The translations under genes and the position numbers were made by a program. Below, piece after piece: positions 1 to 14,600 of a stretch of 64,000 nucleotides of DNA (within the stretch, counting starts at the first letter, position 1; every line of letters begins with the position of its first letter). Where the stretch lies: contig NW_002060945.1 in NCBI RefSeq assembly GCF_000150275.1, positions 4,327,397-4,391,396 on the forward strand, read 5' to 3'. Source of the DNA: Trichoplax adhaerens (lineage: Eukaryota > Animalia > Placozoa). The notes below the pieces were generated by a model that saw only the letters and a list, made by a program, of their open reading frames with translations, searched no databases and was not told where the DNA came from.

Positions 1-415
1 ACGATACAAGCCAAGTTACAAGTTTTATCTTGTGTTGAATATTAAAACTACCAGTAAAATTGATCATAATCAAGTGAGTCATATCGTAGTAAGAGCTAAT
101 TCATTGCTGTTAGTAAAATTAAACTACAGTATTACCAAAAGCCGTTTGTTTGCGATATCGCTATACGTATACGTAGATCAACATGTTATCAATACACTAC
201 AATTGACAGTTGATCTTTGAAAGGTTGAAAACGGTTTAACTATGTCATTTGCTATTCATTAAAATTGATAAGTGCAAAAGCTGTAACAGCCTTCAAACAG
301 CAACTTAACCTATCCATCAAGATTAGCGTCCAATTTGATCGCATACAGGCAATCAAGATTGATCATAAATTGTGTAAAATTTCCATTTGGATTGCGTCCC
401 TTATGTATAACTTAC

Positions 416-713
416 CTTTGGTGGTGGTTTAAACTTGTCACTAAACCTTAGTGGGATTGCATCCAGTGCACCATGATCTAGATAGAATATTATAAAAGTT
501 ACGATAGAAGTCATGTAAAACAAGAGGCAGAAATTACCAATGAATAACAGCTGTAAAATAATCACGACCACTATGAAGCATGACATCAGCTCAGGAGAAG
601 TATTTTCATACAGTAGAATTCCAGTTCAAACTAGTTCGCACCAGAGTTGTTTTGATAATCTAACATGAATTCTACCAACACTTACCGTGATAAAAGCTAT
701 CATTATTTGCCAT
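416..713 (-). CDS. UBAP1: UBAP1-like ESCRT-I subunit, first two coding exons (713-686, 477-416); gene presumably continues beyond the left edge
   Basis: Phase-compatible GT-AG splicing gives MANNDSFYHDHGALDAIPLRFSDKFKPPPK. This resembles the start of the UMA domain of UBAP1 (LDDVPFKTGDKFKTPAK). Only 30 aa are visible. Confidence 0.65.
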
Positions 714-1553
714 TGTATTGAACAGTCAATGTCGTTGATTTCACATCAGTTGGCTGAGGAGAAGTGAAAACTTTGACAACGAATCGACACTGTCAGGAGA
801 AATGAACACCTTTAGTAGGAAATCATCCTAACATGACTATTAGTCTCTCTTCAAAGATGGCGACATCCAACTACTATGCAAGCCTACACAGTATCAAAGG
901 ATAAGGACTTTACAGAAGAGTTGTAGCAACTTAAAAGCTATCAATTTCTAATCTTGTAGTCAAGAAATTAAGTTTATTTCCAATCTTTCTCCACTAGTCG
1001 CAATGAGTGGCAATCATCCCAATTAGCCAATTGGACTTTCTATCTATCCAATTTTTTTAATGCTCTTTTTATCTACTGTGATTCTCTGACTGTGGTGTAG
1101 TGGACGGATATTTGCACACTATCACCGATACAGCAGCCATGGTTAGCGATTTTGTACTTGACTTGGGGTACAGTATAGTCCTTTTTTAAAAAAAGAATGT
1201 CGCCCATGGCGATGACTTTGCACTGTAGGCAATGGATAGGTTGTGCAATCGGCATGTACTAGTGACATTATTTTTGCTGGTAATTTGACCTTTGCTACTA
1301 AAACATAGTGCGATACGTAGTATTATACGATTAATATTCATCGTACGATATGGCAGTAAGTAGAAGGCTAAGACAAAAGCAATGTCATCTTTACGCGCCT
1401 ACAATACTGCCTACAGTAGGAAGTGATGGTGAGGATGACATCACCTTTTGCTGGCCCTCGAGATGGCAGTCTACCAATACCAGATTGATTTTTACCTCTC
1501 TGGTTTAACCTCGTTGGCAGATATAACACAGTAATATAGCGGTGTACCCCCAA

Positions 1554-1659
1554 GAGACAAAGTCAAAAGTCCTGGTAGACACTACGCGTATATTGGAATT
1601 GTTAAGGTATGTTGTAGCACTCCTATCGACACCCAGTCAAGGACTTTTGACTTTGTCTC
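1554..1659. repeat. Perfect 20-bp inverted repeat with 66-bp spacer
   Basis: GAGACAAAGTCAAAAGTCCT (1554-1573) is the exact reverse complement of AGGACTTTTGACTTTGTCTC (1640-1659). Confidence 0.9.
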
Positions 1660-3727
1660 AGCCAGTCTAGATTACACAAGCAGATTTCATTTGAGGGGAG
1701 AACCAAATACTGTCGTAGTGCTCTGTGCCGAGTTAACTCGGGATCGATGTACATATTGATCGTCAGTCATGCCATCACTTCTTCATCTCCTTCGATCAAG
1801 GATTTGAAGAATTCACTAAAGCACTTTTAAAAATCCATTTGGCGTACCGTGTTGCTCACTAGTTGCAGTAAACCATAGATTCATTGATTATTTTTCTGGC
1901 CATTCTACGTTACCGCTGAAACCGTATTCTGCACTGTACAAAATCAACCAAGCAGCTACGGTTGTGGACAGTATAGTGTATTGCTTCATATCTACATTTC
2001 ACTTGAAATGATTAGCAAAATAGTCGCCCTCACCTTTTACTAGTACTAGTCCATATGACTACGCTAGTCAGTGGTCAAACCGGTGTCAGGTGCCAAGGGA
2101 AATTGGATTTGAGTAGAGTACAGTTAGGTAGTAAAATATAATTACAAGATGCCGGACTCTACTGTACACTGTACAGTACAGTACATAATACGGTGTGGTA
2201 CGGTCGGGTGGGTACTGTAGGGTAATTAGTCTAAATCTATTTTTAGTCATAGTCGTAATAATATTGCACTACAGTTGCTGTATACGGTAGGATAGATTGT
2301 ATATCTATGACATATATATATATACATAGATATAAAGTTATTCTAGTAGATTCTGCAGTCTACTACTATAACGCCAAACTGAACTCACTCAGCCCTTTTG
2401 CACCGATAACAGTTACTGTGTCAATTGCCTATGATATCCAATTATGCTCAGGGATGATGATGCAATTTGTTTACTGTACAGTACAGTATACAGCAAGCAC
2501 GATACACGTATCTCACCAAATAGAAAATTTAACAACTTTTCAATCTACAGTCATTAAAGTTAAGTAGATCGCAAGCTTACGTACAGTTGAACAGTTAACT
2601 TACAATAACAAGTGGTCGATACAGTGGAAATGCTGAATGACGAGATCAAAACATACGCGTTTTATATCTGTTACGTATCTAAATAGGCGTTCAAAACCCC
2701 GTAGACCAGAGCATTAGCTCTAGATAAGTCCTGTATTATTATAATCAATCAAACAATATTCTCTATAATTTATTAGCAGGTAAAAAAGATAAACTTAACA
2801 ATTACTCATGGCAGACACGTTAATTTTTCACCGCTGTCAATTTCAATCAGCATAATATTCAATATTCAAAAGGCTAAAATTTGAATCTTCTTTCTATTTT
2901 TAGATTACTATCAATAAATTACCTCATACTGTAATTATATGTAGACTATTAGTATCAAATGCTTATAAGGAACATTCTTGAAAATTCTATTGACCTTATA
3001 GTTGATTACAAGTATTACCATAATTTGTATAATAACCGCCAATCTATCTGTAACCGTTATTCAATTTATAATATTGAAATTAAATAGACATAGTACTACC
3101 CTATCAGGGTGAATAAACAGAAATTCTAAAATTGTAGTCATATTCAATAGCATACCGTGATGGTACTATAGGGCAGTTGCTTTACCGTAGTGTTAGCATC
3201 AAAGAAAAGTCTTCAATAATTTTATAATTATAACATCAAAAATAGTACATTATTGATATGATCAATTAAAATATGGCAAATTAGTAATAATAACATGCCT
3301 TTCAGCCATGAGTGCCTTCTAGATAGGCTAGTGATTTGAACCCAAAAATACATAACCAGTACATTAATTTCCAGATAAATTGCAATCCAATATTTAAATA
3401 TTAAAACTATGTACTTTGATTTTAAGAACATTTAATAAAGGCAATTTACATTATAGTGTATTAGAATATTTTCTTCATTTTAGAAATTTACTATCTCAAA
3501 ATAAGTTCTATATCTGTTTCAAAATTTACTATGTACATTCCGAAAAGTATTAACTCATGTATTATGCAACTTGAATAAAAGTTACGCTATCTTTGTAGCG
3601 CTACTTCTGAATATCGAAGCGAGTATCTGATTCATTATAGTATTGTTTATATTCCAACATTTCGGTGATATCAACTATTAAGATAGGCATAAATCATTAT
3701 CAAAGAAATTGCTTAATAATAATTAAG

Positions 3728-6700
3728 CTATTGAAACGACGATTTCATCTTTAATATATTATCTACACTTGCCACTCGCCTTAGTAGCATTACAGTTGAT
3801 ACTAGACTGAAGACAGTCCTACAAATAAACGAATTGAGAAATTTGTCAATATCCATTGGAATTGATTAAACTGTTTGCCAGTGTTATTTTAAGTTATACT
3901 TACAATACAATGATAACTCCAGACATCTGAAAAGACTTTCTACCTTTGTTAGTTTTTTGAGAGTCTAATAAACCAATAAATGTATACAAGTCAATTCCTT
4001 TAATATTATTGAACATTATTTATTGACATTGATTAAGTACATCACAAGCCAGTTGCTTGGATATTTTATCGTAAATTCACTTATTTAAGAAAAAAGCTAA
4101 TTTTGAAAGTTATTTTTTACCTCGTGAGCTTTTCTCTAATCTGCTTGTTATTCGAGATCGAGATAAATCATGGAAGTGGGGATTATGATAGAACGCTGTT
4201 TCATCGCCATCACTTACAGGAACTTCCGCATATACTCTATCGTTTATAGGTACTCGTAAGGATTCGTCACTGGGGGTTGAAGCTTCTACATGGTAATGTT
4301 AAAGTTGAAAACCATCACCACATTTCTATATATTAATATCGACTATGATTTTTACGAGATACTATAAAACGTGTCGTTACTCGTTAAAATCAACACTACT
4401 TGCACAAATAAGCGATACACTATCGGATCTTATCTGTAATACATTTAGTATCATCAATGTATTGTGGTATCGCTCCCTAGCTTATTAGGCATTCTTGAAC
4501 GATTATATTTCGTTATTACTTCTATACGTTGCAAGTATGTTAAGATTTCACTTTAGCTACTGAAATAAGATATGCGATTATTACCTTGATTGTATGAAAC
4601 ATCCTTGTCGCTGCTGTGAGAATCATTAGAGCGATCACCATCTTCCTAAAATTGGTATCATACAAGAGATGAGAAGCAATCTCAAGCAAATAAATTCTAA
4701 ATAGCGTAAATTTCTAGCTTGTAATTCACACGCAATGCTATTAAAACAATACTTTAGCTGTTCATACCATGTTTAATGAGGATGTACGAGCGGCGATCAT
4801 TTCCGTTAAAATCCTGTACGCAGACTCGCGAGATATAATAGATTGAAATAGGTACTAAAAATAAACGAATTAAGGACATTAAGGTTAGCGGCTACCATTT
4901 ATTTATTCTAATAAACCAAAACTTTCTACCTTTTCACTTTGTGTTCTGATCAGCAGAGCATTTGGAAAAAGTAACGCCGTTTTTTGTTTAGAAATCTCGC
5001 AGATATCTGTATAATTGATAGTAACCTGTATATGGCAAACGTTCGGTATAATTAGTTATCTAATTGTTCATTTCGTACTTTTAATGTGATATTACAATAA
5101 TTATTGAGAAATGACAATTATCAATATCACATTCAAAAAATTGTACGATTATAGAACAAGCATCCAGTTCAAACGAGTAAAACAAGTGTGGAGTACTATA
5201 GTAGATTGCTCTACTTACAGTAGTTTCATATCCAAAGATGCTAGAATAGAAACACAGTCTATATTGCGTTAAATAAAGTTTGCCTTGTAGTAAGATATCC
5301 TTTTTCAGAGCACATGAAAAGACTAAAATTTTCAAGATATAAATAATGACAAGGATGATAAATGTTAGCAAATTGTTTGTACTACAGTATTAAATATCCA
5401 GTTAACGATTATCAGACAAGAATACAACAATCTTGACAATAATATACTATCATTATGACATATACGCGTATTTATTTACATCCACATAGTCAAAATTTAT
5501 AGCACCCAAGATGATGCGTTGAAAACCACAATGTAAAATTATAAAAACTTTTTATTTGCTGCAAACATTATGAAGGATAAACATCTAGTATGTGTTCATT
5601 ATCGAAGGTTTATTGATAGAAACTTTAGTTACTTCTTACCATCAAGAACACGTTCATTATTCCAAGAAATTTTGAATGTGCGATGAAAATCAGATTCTAC
5701 TCTTTCCTGGGCTTTCCTACGATATTTTTTTATCTAATTTGGATATAAAGAAAGGGGTAATTATGACACAATGGCAATTTGATTAAAGAAAAATCAAATT
5801 GTGCGATACAAATACCGGGATAAGGTTCAACTATATGTACAACGATTACACTAGAATATTTCATTTCATTTTATAACACTGTGTTAATAAAGTAGCACTA
5901 GCATGATATAAGCATAAAACATACCGCTAGCTGCGTGTTAATTAAACTATCGATATTACTCTGCATATAATATATTATAATTGTAAAGTAGGATTATCAA
6001 AACAATGAAGATATGGAGACCTTTTCAGTATTTGACTTGATTGGAAGATTTTTGCTTACTTTATTCACGGTGTTTCTATATTGTTGGAAAAAGCATTCAC
6101 GGTATTTAATATTCATCTTAAATTACTTCCGTGTTTAAAATGTAAATTACTGATCGTTTTATCATTGTGTAGATGCAATGTTGCAATACAATCGCTTATA
6201 ATCAAACTAAAAATCGCACCATAACAAAATTATTCTAGGAAATAGCGTCATTGAGGGTTTATGAGTACATAATAATAATTAATTTATATATAAAGTGGAA
6301 ACAATAATAACTATCAATGATTTTGCTGTTCAAATGTTGGTATGATATTAACGACAGGAATATTGATAACAATTTTGCCCCTATAGCAGTAGAATCGAGC
6401 CCTAATGTACATTATAGTAGTAACATGAGGCTAGTAAATCTAAAGTTTCCGGTTGTACAGCCTTTTCAGTATCAGCTGTATGATCATATCGATCTGAAGT
6501 TATACATTTGACCTCACAGTAGTCAAGTCATTTTACACTCTGTCACAGAAAACAAATAAGATGTCTTCTAATATTACAGTGTTGACGAGTCTGCATGCTA
6601 GACTTACAGGCCTTTAGTAACTGCCGTTTCATAGTTAATAAGCTATCTAAACTAAATGGCTGTATTCATCCTACTTTTAAAACCGCTACCAGACTGTCTA

Positions 6701-7047
6701 GTGTTGCAAATGATTATAAATCGTCATTATTTACTATCAATGTTACCATTTTTTATATATGTACTGCACTACTAAATTATACGACTCGCATATTATAAAT
6801 CTGCTACGTATAAGATTAAATTAATAATGCAGGAGTGAAGATAAAAAATTGGACATTATGGATCAACAATTGAAAACCATGATAATTTATCTTTTGGTCA
6901 AGATGCTCACTAGTATTAAATGACTGTAGTTACATTTCAACATCGTAAATTTACTTACGTATTTTTGGATGATCCATCCACTGATAGTGAATTATTCCAG
7001 TCATCATAATCACTTACAGAGCTATTTCTGCTACGTCTTCTATTCAT
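3728..7047 (-). CDS. GRAMD2: GRAM-domain protein with C-terminal transmembrane helix and no VASt domain (GRAMD2-like), ~9 coding exons
   Basis: Spliced exons give MNRRRSRNSS...DFHRTFKISWNNERVLD-VFSCALKKDILLQGKLYLTQYRLCFYSSIFGYETT-VTINYTDICEISKQKTALLFPNALLIRT-YLFQSIISRESAYRIL, a typical GRAM domain. A low-complexity linker follows, then the TM segment GVIIVLTVFSLVSTVMLL and a TAG stop at 3730-3728. Confidence 0.85.
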
Positions 7048-8659
7048 GCTGAAAAAACTATAAAAAACAAACAAACTGTAATCTCCAAAGCCAAATCATT
7101 AGTCGTAAAGTAAAGCCGTGAGGAAATGATGCTATCGAGAAGACACAATCAACATAATATTAGTTACAGCTATACTAAATTCAATAATAGCGCCATCCAC
7201 ATTTGTATATAAATTACATCACGATGGGGCATTGCGAAAAGGGTGGCTTTTTACAGTAGAACATGGCCAGATAACGATGATATTAATATATACTACAACG
7301 TGCTTTGATAGATGATTTATGAAGTTAATGAACTAGCCTACAGTAGATGAGACTCTCCAAGAGCAAAAGATTTCCTTATTTAGTACACTCTACCCAATAC
7401 AGTCTTTCATAGATAGTGATTGGATCTATCAGGCTATAAATACGGAATAACTTGAATTACGATGCCATATTGTATTTACTAATATACTTACAATAACATG
7501 TGTTGAGAACATAATTGTATCATCAAAACTTTGGATAAACTAAAGCCTTCAGTGACTATGGCTTCATAGAGCTATGAGGTGTGAAAATAGAGAAATCAAC
7601 TGAGTGTAATATCTCTCACCATCTTGCGTTAGCACTGTGAGCAATAATGTCAAGTGTTATTTCCTTTATGTCGTATACAGTAGCAACTTTACTAGGTAGT
7701 ATTGTGCACAATACGACACTTTTCACATAGCCACTAATAACTTTTGTTTTATGTCCTGTGATAATATCCAGTAAATTGTTGTATTCTAAGCATAGAATCA
7801 ACGCATGATTTGTATATAAACATGACAATTTTATAGCTGATAGGTGATAGCAGACTATTAGTAGTGGCTGAAACCACTGGTAAAGTGCCTTTCGTTAAAA
7901 AGGATCCGCCAAAAATAAAAAAATGAGGAAAACACTCCGTGACGACTTGCATGCCACCGGTAATACCGTAGCGTAAGGATTTGAATTGCAATCGTAAATC
8001 GCACCCTACTAGACTAAACATTACGTGTTGATTGCCTAGTGTATTTCTCCCTTAACCTACCACTTTTCCGATGATAACGTTGTAGTAAAGTCCCCTTGTC
8101 AGTAGGCCAATTAGTGTCCTTTAAAGCTCTCAAGTACCAGTTTACTTGTAAAAATTGATGGGCTACCGATCACTCTCTCTCTCTCTACACTGTACAGTAT
8201 ATTAGATGTTGGATAATCTGTCAGTTAATTAACAATAATTAATTGTCAATTTTCAAGCGCACTCATCCGATGTCATCGTGAATAACATAAGGATATCCAA
8301 TAGACGAGTAAGTCCGGCACTCAATCACTCTAAACTATCGAGAATGAACTTCCATCAAGGTGAAAGGGAAACGAGGCAAATTCAAATTGGATGTCTAAAA
8401 TTCTTTGGCCAATGTTGAATCTAGCGACGGGGAAAGCTTTGAATATAGTCGAAAAAAAGCAAAGGATGAAATAGGAGGACGTTAATTCCGCATCATAATA
8501 GCACAAGATGGGAGCTGTTGTTCTTGTCCCCTCCCTCCTGTCAGTCAGTTTTAGTTCGTGTAGTACTGTTCTAGTCTGTACTATGGCCGGTGCGATCGTG
8601 CGATTGGGTCACGTCAGCGCTGTTGAAGTGAGTTTCAAGTTTGCAAACGTTTGACATAC

Positions 8660-8682
8660 AGGTCACCTGGTCACCATGACCT
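8660..8682. promoter_or_regulatory. Candidate nuclear-receptor element: AGGTCA-cc-TGGTCA (DR2-like) overlapping GGTCAccaTGACC (ERE-type IR3)
   Basis: Sequence AGGTCACCTGGTCACCATGACCT lies in the GC-richer region upstream of the GRAMD2-like gene. Function untested. Confidence 0.35.
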
Positions 8683-11610
8683 AGTGTGAAGGTGAGTAGT
8701 GAGCATGCCTAATTGCCTGTATGACTATACTGTACAGCATGAGTCCATAAAGTGTACAAACAGTCCATAACAGTACCGTAGTGTTAGTCCATACAAAGGC
8801 GTACAGTACAGTGTACGAACAGAGACACTGCCGCTGCATTCTTTGCAAGAGTCACTCAGTAGTCAGAGTCACATCCGTGTTTGATATGGAGTCGAATCAC
8901 GTGATGACCATTATCAATATCATGGCTGCCAGTGATCGAAAGCTAATTTTGAACCTGAAATTCATCAGATTTTTTTTAGCTTTTGTCAAGATATACACTC
9001 CTTGAAGCCGTATACTCTACTTTGGTATGGGTTGCAGTTGTAATGAATTTGACAGTGTCGCTAGCCAGCTAGCGATAATGACAACGATGCTATTTCACTT
9101 ATTTAAGTTATGTCAACCAACACACCATTCACTCAATGGAGCTGTTGGCTAGAGAGAATTGCAAATGGCTTTACATGGGTTACAAGCGGTAGCCAAAGAT
9201 AGTGAACTATTTCAACACGAGACAGTATTTAGTATACAGTCAATAATATCATGAAAATTAATTTCAACTAGGACAATATCACTCTATAGAATGGGGCTTT
9301 TGGGGGAGCTTCCGTGTTATCCACTACAGTAATAAAAGAGTCAATTTCTGCTTTGTATTGTTTTTCAGTAACAATTATGCCAGTACCTGCTGCTCAATGG
9401 TAATGTCCACGGGCGATTACATTCCGACGATTGCATTGGCGTAAACAGACTTAATTTATAACATGATCGAAAATAAAATAAAGGCCTTATAGAATCAAAT
9501 AATTAACAATTTCCGCAATCGGTAACACCTAACAACTTTTTATCAAAAGAATAGCGAAAAACCAATCAAAGGTTAGAATTTAATTAAATACAAGTCAAAC
9601 AAACAAAACTCCTCTCTATCATTCAACTTGAATAGTGGACAATGAATGAATACTGGACTGGTAGTGGTACGATTGACCATTATATTTATTCGAGATAATA
9701 CTGACGACTATGACTAGTATTAGACAGCCTAGAGACATTCTAGGATCTCTAATAATGGATACATCCAGTACATATGCGGTACAACAGTTAAGAAGAAAGA
9801 AAAATAATAAATTCACCACTATTAAATACTGTACTACTGCAATATTGTATAAAAAGACCAGCTGTCAGCACCAACTTCTCTACATAAAGGGAGTGCTTAT
9901 GTACTGTGCTGAATGTTTATGCAGTATTAATGTAAATTGTATTTTGCGTGTGCTGGCCACTTATCAAAGTTTTAAAGCTTACCTCTTTTAATTATACTCC
10001 TGCCATGTCACTTACAACACCTGGAACTTTGGAACAATGTCGTGAAAATTTTAAAAATTACTCTCATTAACATCATTCTGTAGCCACTGTATTAGTATCG
10101 TGCTCGTCCGTTCTTTTTTTCCGTGTTTGTACCTTATATATGTCATATATACTGTACAGTAACATAAATGACAATAAAGTACTCGAACGTATCCATCTGA
10201 GTTATGATCAGACTCACGACTGGGGTGTTTCCATACTTTCATAAACGTATTTTAGTACAACAACTTGGGAGGAAAGGCCTTTTAGACAAAAGGGTCTCAT
10301 TTCACGATCTAGGCCGTGTATTGAATGTCTATACAAGCCGAAATAAAATTCATAGAGTGCAGTGTGAGATAACATTGACGGCTTATACACTGAGAATTTC
10401 AGCTTTAATACTACTATACAGTACGAATAAAACCGCGCCATTTAATGATGCCAGTAACCATTAATGATGATATTATTGGAGTGAACTGTGTGGTCTTAAA
10501 AAGCTCCTTTTAATTCAAATTTTCATTAAGGCTATCATATCGTCCAACCGTATCCTATTTTTTAGACTGACATTCAGTCCCTGGCCAATCCTCAGTGATC
10601 ATTTCACTCATACACCATTTAGAATGAAGAGAGATCCTACCGGAGGGATCGATACGTTTAAACTTTGATTGCGTAATGGTTTTGTCTAGTTTAAGATACA
10701 ATACACTATTTTAAAATATTAATATTTGTATACGAATAAATCTTACTAATAAATTCAATTTATTGATTGCAAAATCTTGCTACTGATCTATGACATCTTG
10801 GCATTTACCACAGTAACCCTCTCATGTTCGTAAAACCATAAGCAATACTTGGGCATCTTGTCGTAACGATCAATTCTTGTACAGTATTACACCTGTAATA
10901 ATTCTAGTAAAATAATGATGATGGTTTCTCGTCCAGTTGAACAGGGTAGTTTCTACGCATTCAACTTATGATGCAAAGTACACGATAGAAAAATCAGGTA
11001 TCGCCACAGGTACATTATTGAACACTGTTTATTTGGTTCCAGATTGATTTTCAAAAAATTAGTTATATACGTATTACAGTACCTTTTTCTATATCATTAC
11101 TACTGTGTACTTCATCGTAAAAAGCTTTTTAATAACTACTGTACTCTATTATGCATAGAATCATAAAATAACTAAAATGCACATTTTATATAAAAATACA
11201 CTTTGTATCTTTGCCGCTATATCAATTCCAGGGTAGTGTATATAGTATATAACAGTATTAATATAATTTATAAATATACGAATATGTAAGAATGCTTGAA
11301 TACAGCAAGCATCACTAAAAAATGTATTTTTCCAGTATGATCGCAACTGCATTGCTGAATAATCAAATGGAGCATCATTAGAGCGATTGAATTTTTGAGG
11401 ACTTGTAAAATTGAAGTATGTAAAGGGCATTAATCGAGAAAAATTTTTTATCAATATCTAACTGAATCCTTGCGCCCAAAGTTTATCTTTATCATTCAGA
11501 TAATCTTAAATGAATAATTTAGTATTAGTGGCACTATAACATGAATATGAACGTAGAATTGTATTATTATCAAAGTTACACGAAAGGAATTAGTAACCTA
11601 TTTGCAAGTT

Positions 11611-14600
11611 TTACTCTTGAAATAATAGCAGATCGTCATCAGAATCATTATTATTACGTTTAGAAAGAGTAAAAGTATCAATAAATTTTGTTCGCCGATG
11701 ATCAATAAGGCTTTTGTTATTCAAAAGTGTTACGGCTACTAGCCAACGATTTCTAGCAAGCCTTGAAATTGTACGGTTGGCACGTTGACTACTTGCTTGA
11801 TGGCCTAAGAAAATTTTTAACATTGAACAGATAAATACTTTTAACTAATCTTTTAACTTTTCTTAGCTTACAATTTATAAATTTACGTATGCATAAAATT
11901 TGTGTTTACCTTCTTCGACATAAGTATTAATGGAATTACGGCTATTTACTTCAATGATTAAAAAAAATGTGATTAATAATTTACAATGTTACATTATTTA
12001 ACCTGCAGTAATTTCTATACGAATAAAACAGATAAGTCCTTTTTGCTATGCATATACCACTTGAATCATCTTTTATACTGTCAATTAATAGTTGGCAAAA
12101 AACAGCCGCTCCAGGATGATTGTAGTGATATTCTACATGAAGAAAGCCCAAGTAAGCATTATAGCCTATGGAATGATAAAAAATACTGGTCATATATTAT
12201 AGGCTAAATTTTGAGATTGATTTCCTGTACAAGCTAAAAGTTTAATATCTAGTACCGCTATCCCAACTCTCATAACCGCGTATTAACAAACTCTTGTCCA
12301 AGCGAGAAATAAAAAGTACACCAAGAACCAATGATTCCAACAAACGAAACAAGGCAGAAAATAACCCGAGGATGATATTATAGAAGAATAAGAAATATGC
12401 TGCATTACTGAGTAGTCGCCTATAATGATAAAATAACGTCATTCTTTTTAGATTTTTGGGATCAACAGCTTTCAAAATTGGTTTAGCCAAGTGCATGAGT
12501 GTAAAAAGGTACCTATTATCAACAACCAGACCATCCTTCCCTCTATTCTTCAACAAACAATATCTAGATAGCAGATACTGTATGAAGTATGCGGCAGCCG
12601 AGAAAGCAATGGACGGCCTAGAGATTTTAAAATGTAAATATTATAAATTTAAGTTTAGAGAGTTCTGTTGATTGCTACTGTCTAGAACAATGTCGTTACT
12701 AACCATATGCTGACGAGAAAGTTTAGTAATACAGGAGGTATTTCACCCATGATAGGGAGTACTATGAAGTAAGCTACCAAAACAGCTATCACGAACAGGA
12801 AGACTTGAGAGATAATAAAACCTGTAAGCAGATATTACGCACACAAAAAGTTAATGATTGACTCATTTTACCCTTAGCATTTAAGTAGAATGGACTTAGA
12901 GTAGCTCACCCCATAATATATACCCAATTTGATAGCCGGAATATCTCAAACTGTGTGCCTACAATATCAACATATATTGTGTACTTTTTACGGCAATTAA
13001 TCGTAAATACAGATAGTCTTACAGATGTACGAGTATTACTTACCATTGTCAAAGTAGGACTAAATTTTTTCTGAGGCAGGAAAGATGTTGACCCACAATA
13101 AAGTCTTAGCAAATGCTTACTAGAGAATTTTAAATGATTATAATTAAAATTTCTATAAATATTTACCTATGTCAGAAAGCTGTTACATCGTTATCAGTAA
13201 TACCATATCCATAAATTTACGTTTAAATTACAGTATAATATTCTCACCGTATACATGATATCATGTGCAGTGAGTAGAATAGAATCAGTAAACATGATGA
13301 GATAGTCGCAACTGTCCACGAAACTGCATAAAACAAAAGATATGCGTTAAAAGCAAATAACCATAAAGAAATCACAAGTCTAAGTTCGCAACCGATAACA
13401 GGGCCTAAAGTTTTTCAAATTACCTTGTAATACCGCGATACCTTGCGTTATCAAAGTGAAAAGTCTATGAGTTTCACTTAGCGAAGCATTCTGTTTTGGG
13501 TTATGAACATTCGCTAGCTTTAAGTATTCACCTACGTAGAAAACACCCTTCAAGATGCGGAAACTTTCAAATCCAACAAACCCATACACAAATGCAATCT
13601 ACGAACATAAAAACATAGTTGAAATTCCACGATACTAATTTATTAAGGAAATAAGGAGTTACATAGATTACCTTATAGACAGCGATTTGAGCGACCAAGA
13701 ATGTTGCCAAAATCCTGGTTGGATATTTAAATTCTGCAACAAAAAGCAGTAACATGTTACTTTAGCTAAAGTTTCCCAAACTACTGATGGCATCGTCATC
13801 CAGTAAATAGTAGACTGACGCTTTTAGTGGTTACTAATTACCGGCTTTAGGATGATACATGAATTTCCTAACAAGTTTGGTAGTTGTCGATGATTGCGTA
13901 GTATCATCGGTATTTCGATTCCTATAATATCTCTTCGTGAACTTTAGTATAGATCGAACGTGTGCAAATTGATGTACAGAGGCCACGAATAGAACTGCCT
14001 ATCATATCATTGTTAAGATTGTAGTTAAGTAGGTGACAATTTTGGTAAGTGTCAATAGATTGGTTAACCTTTGTGTCCGTCTGCTGGTTTCTAATACGTT
14101 GCATAAAGTTACGAATAAATGTAAAACTAATATAACTTAAACAACATATTTCGGGTAAATTTGAAAGAACCGAATAGCCGGGAACACCAATCTAAAATTG
14201 AGTTAATATAAAAATAAACACTATTGTAAAATAGAAGTTATAAACTGTAAAGTACATTCGTAGTCATAAATCGATTAATAAGCTAAGTTAAAATTCATCA
14301 AGGCCGTACATAGGCTATGAAGTTGTCATCAGTAGCCATCCCGTTAGGACATTCTATTACAGTGATCAACTTAATGATCAACCTAGAATTATGGTATGCA
14401 TGGACGATTACAATCAATCAATCTACAATACAGATATTGATTAACAATAAATTCATCTTTACTATTATACGGGCAAGTCTATATTACCAAGATAATGTGT
14501 AAAATAAACCGAGTACCGATCCCAAAATTTCATAATCGGTTGACAAACAAGCGAATATTGGATAATAGCTGAATCCAATTACAAGGACTGCAGCCAGGCT

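Noticed and set aside
10180-10235. tRNA-Met-like fragment on the minus strand (TCTGA-TCATAAC-TCAGA...GTTCGAG)
   Set aside because: There is no acceptor or D stem, and the anticodon loop register is wrong.
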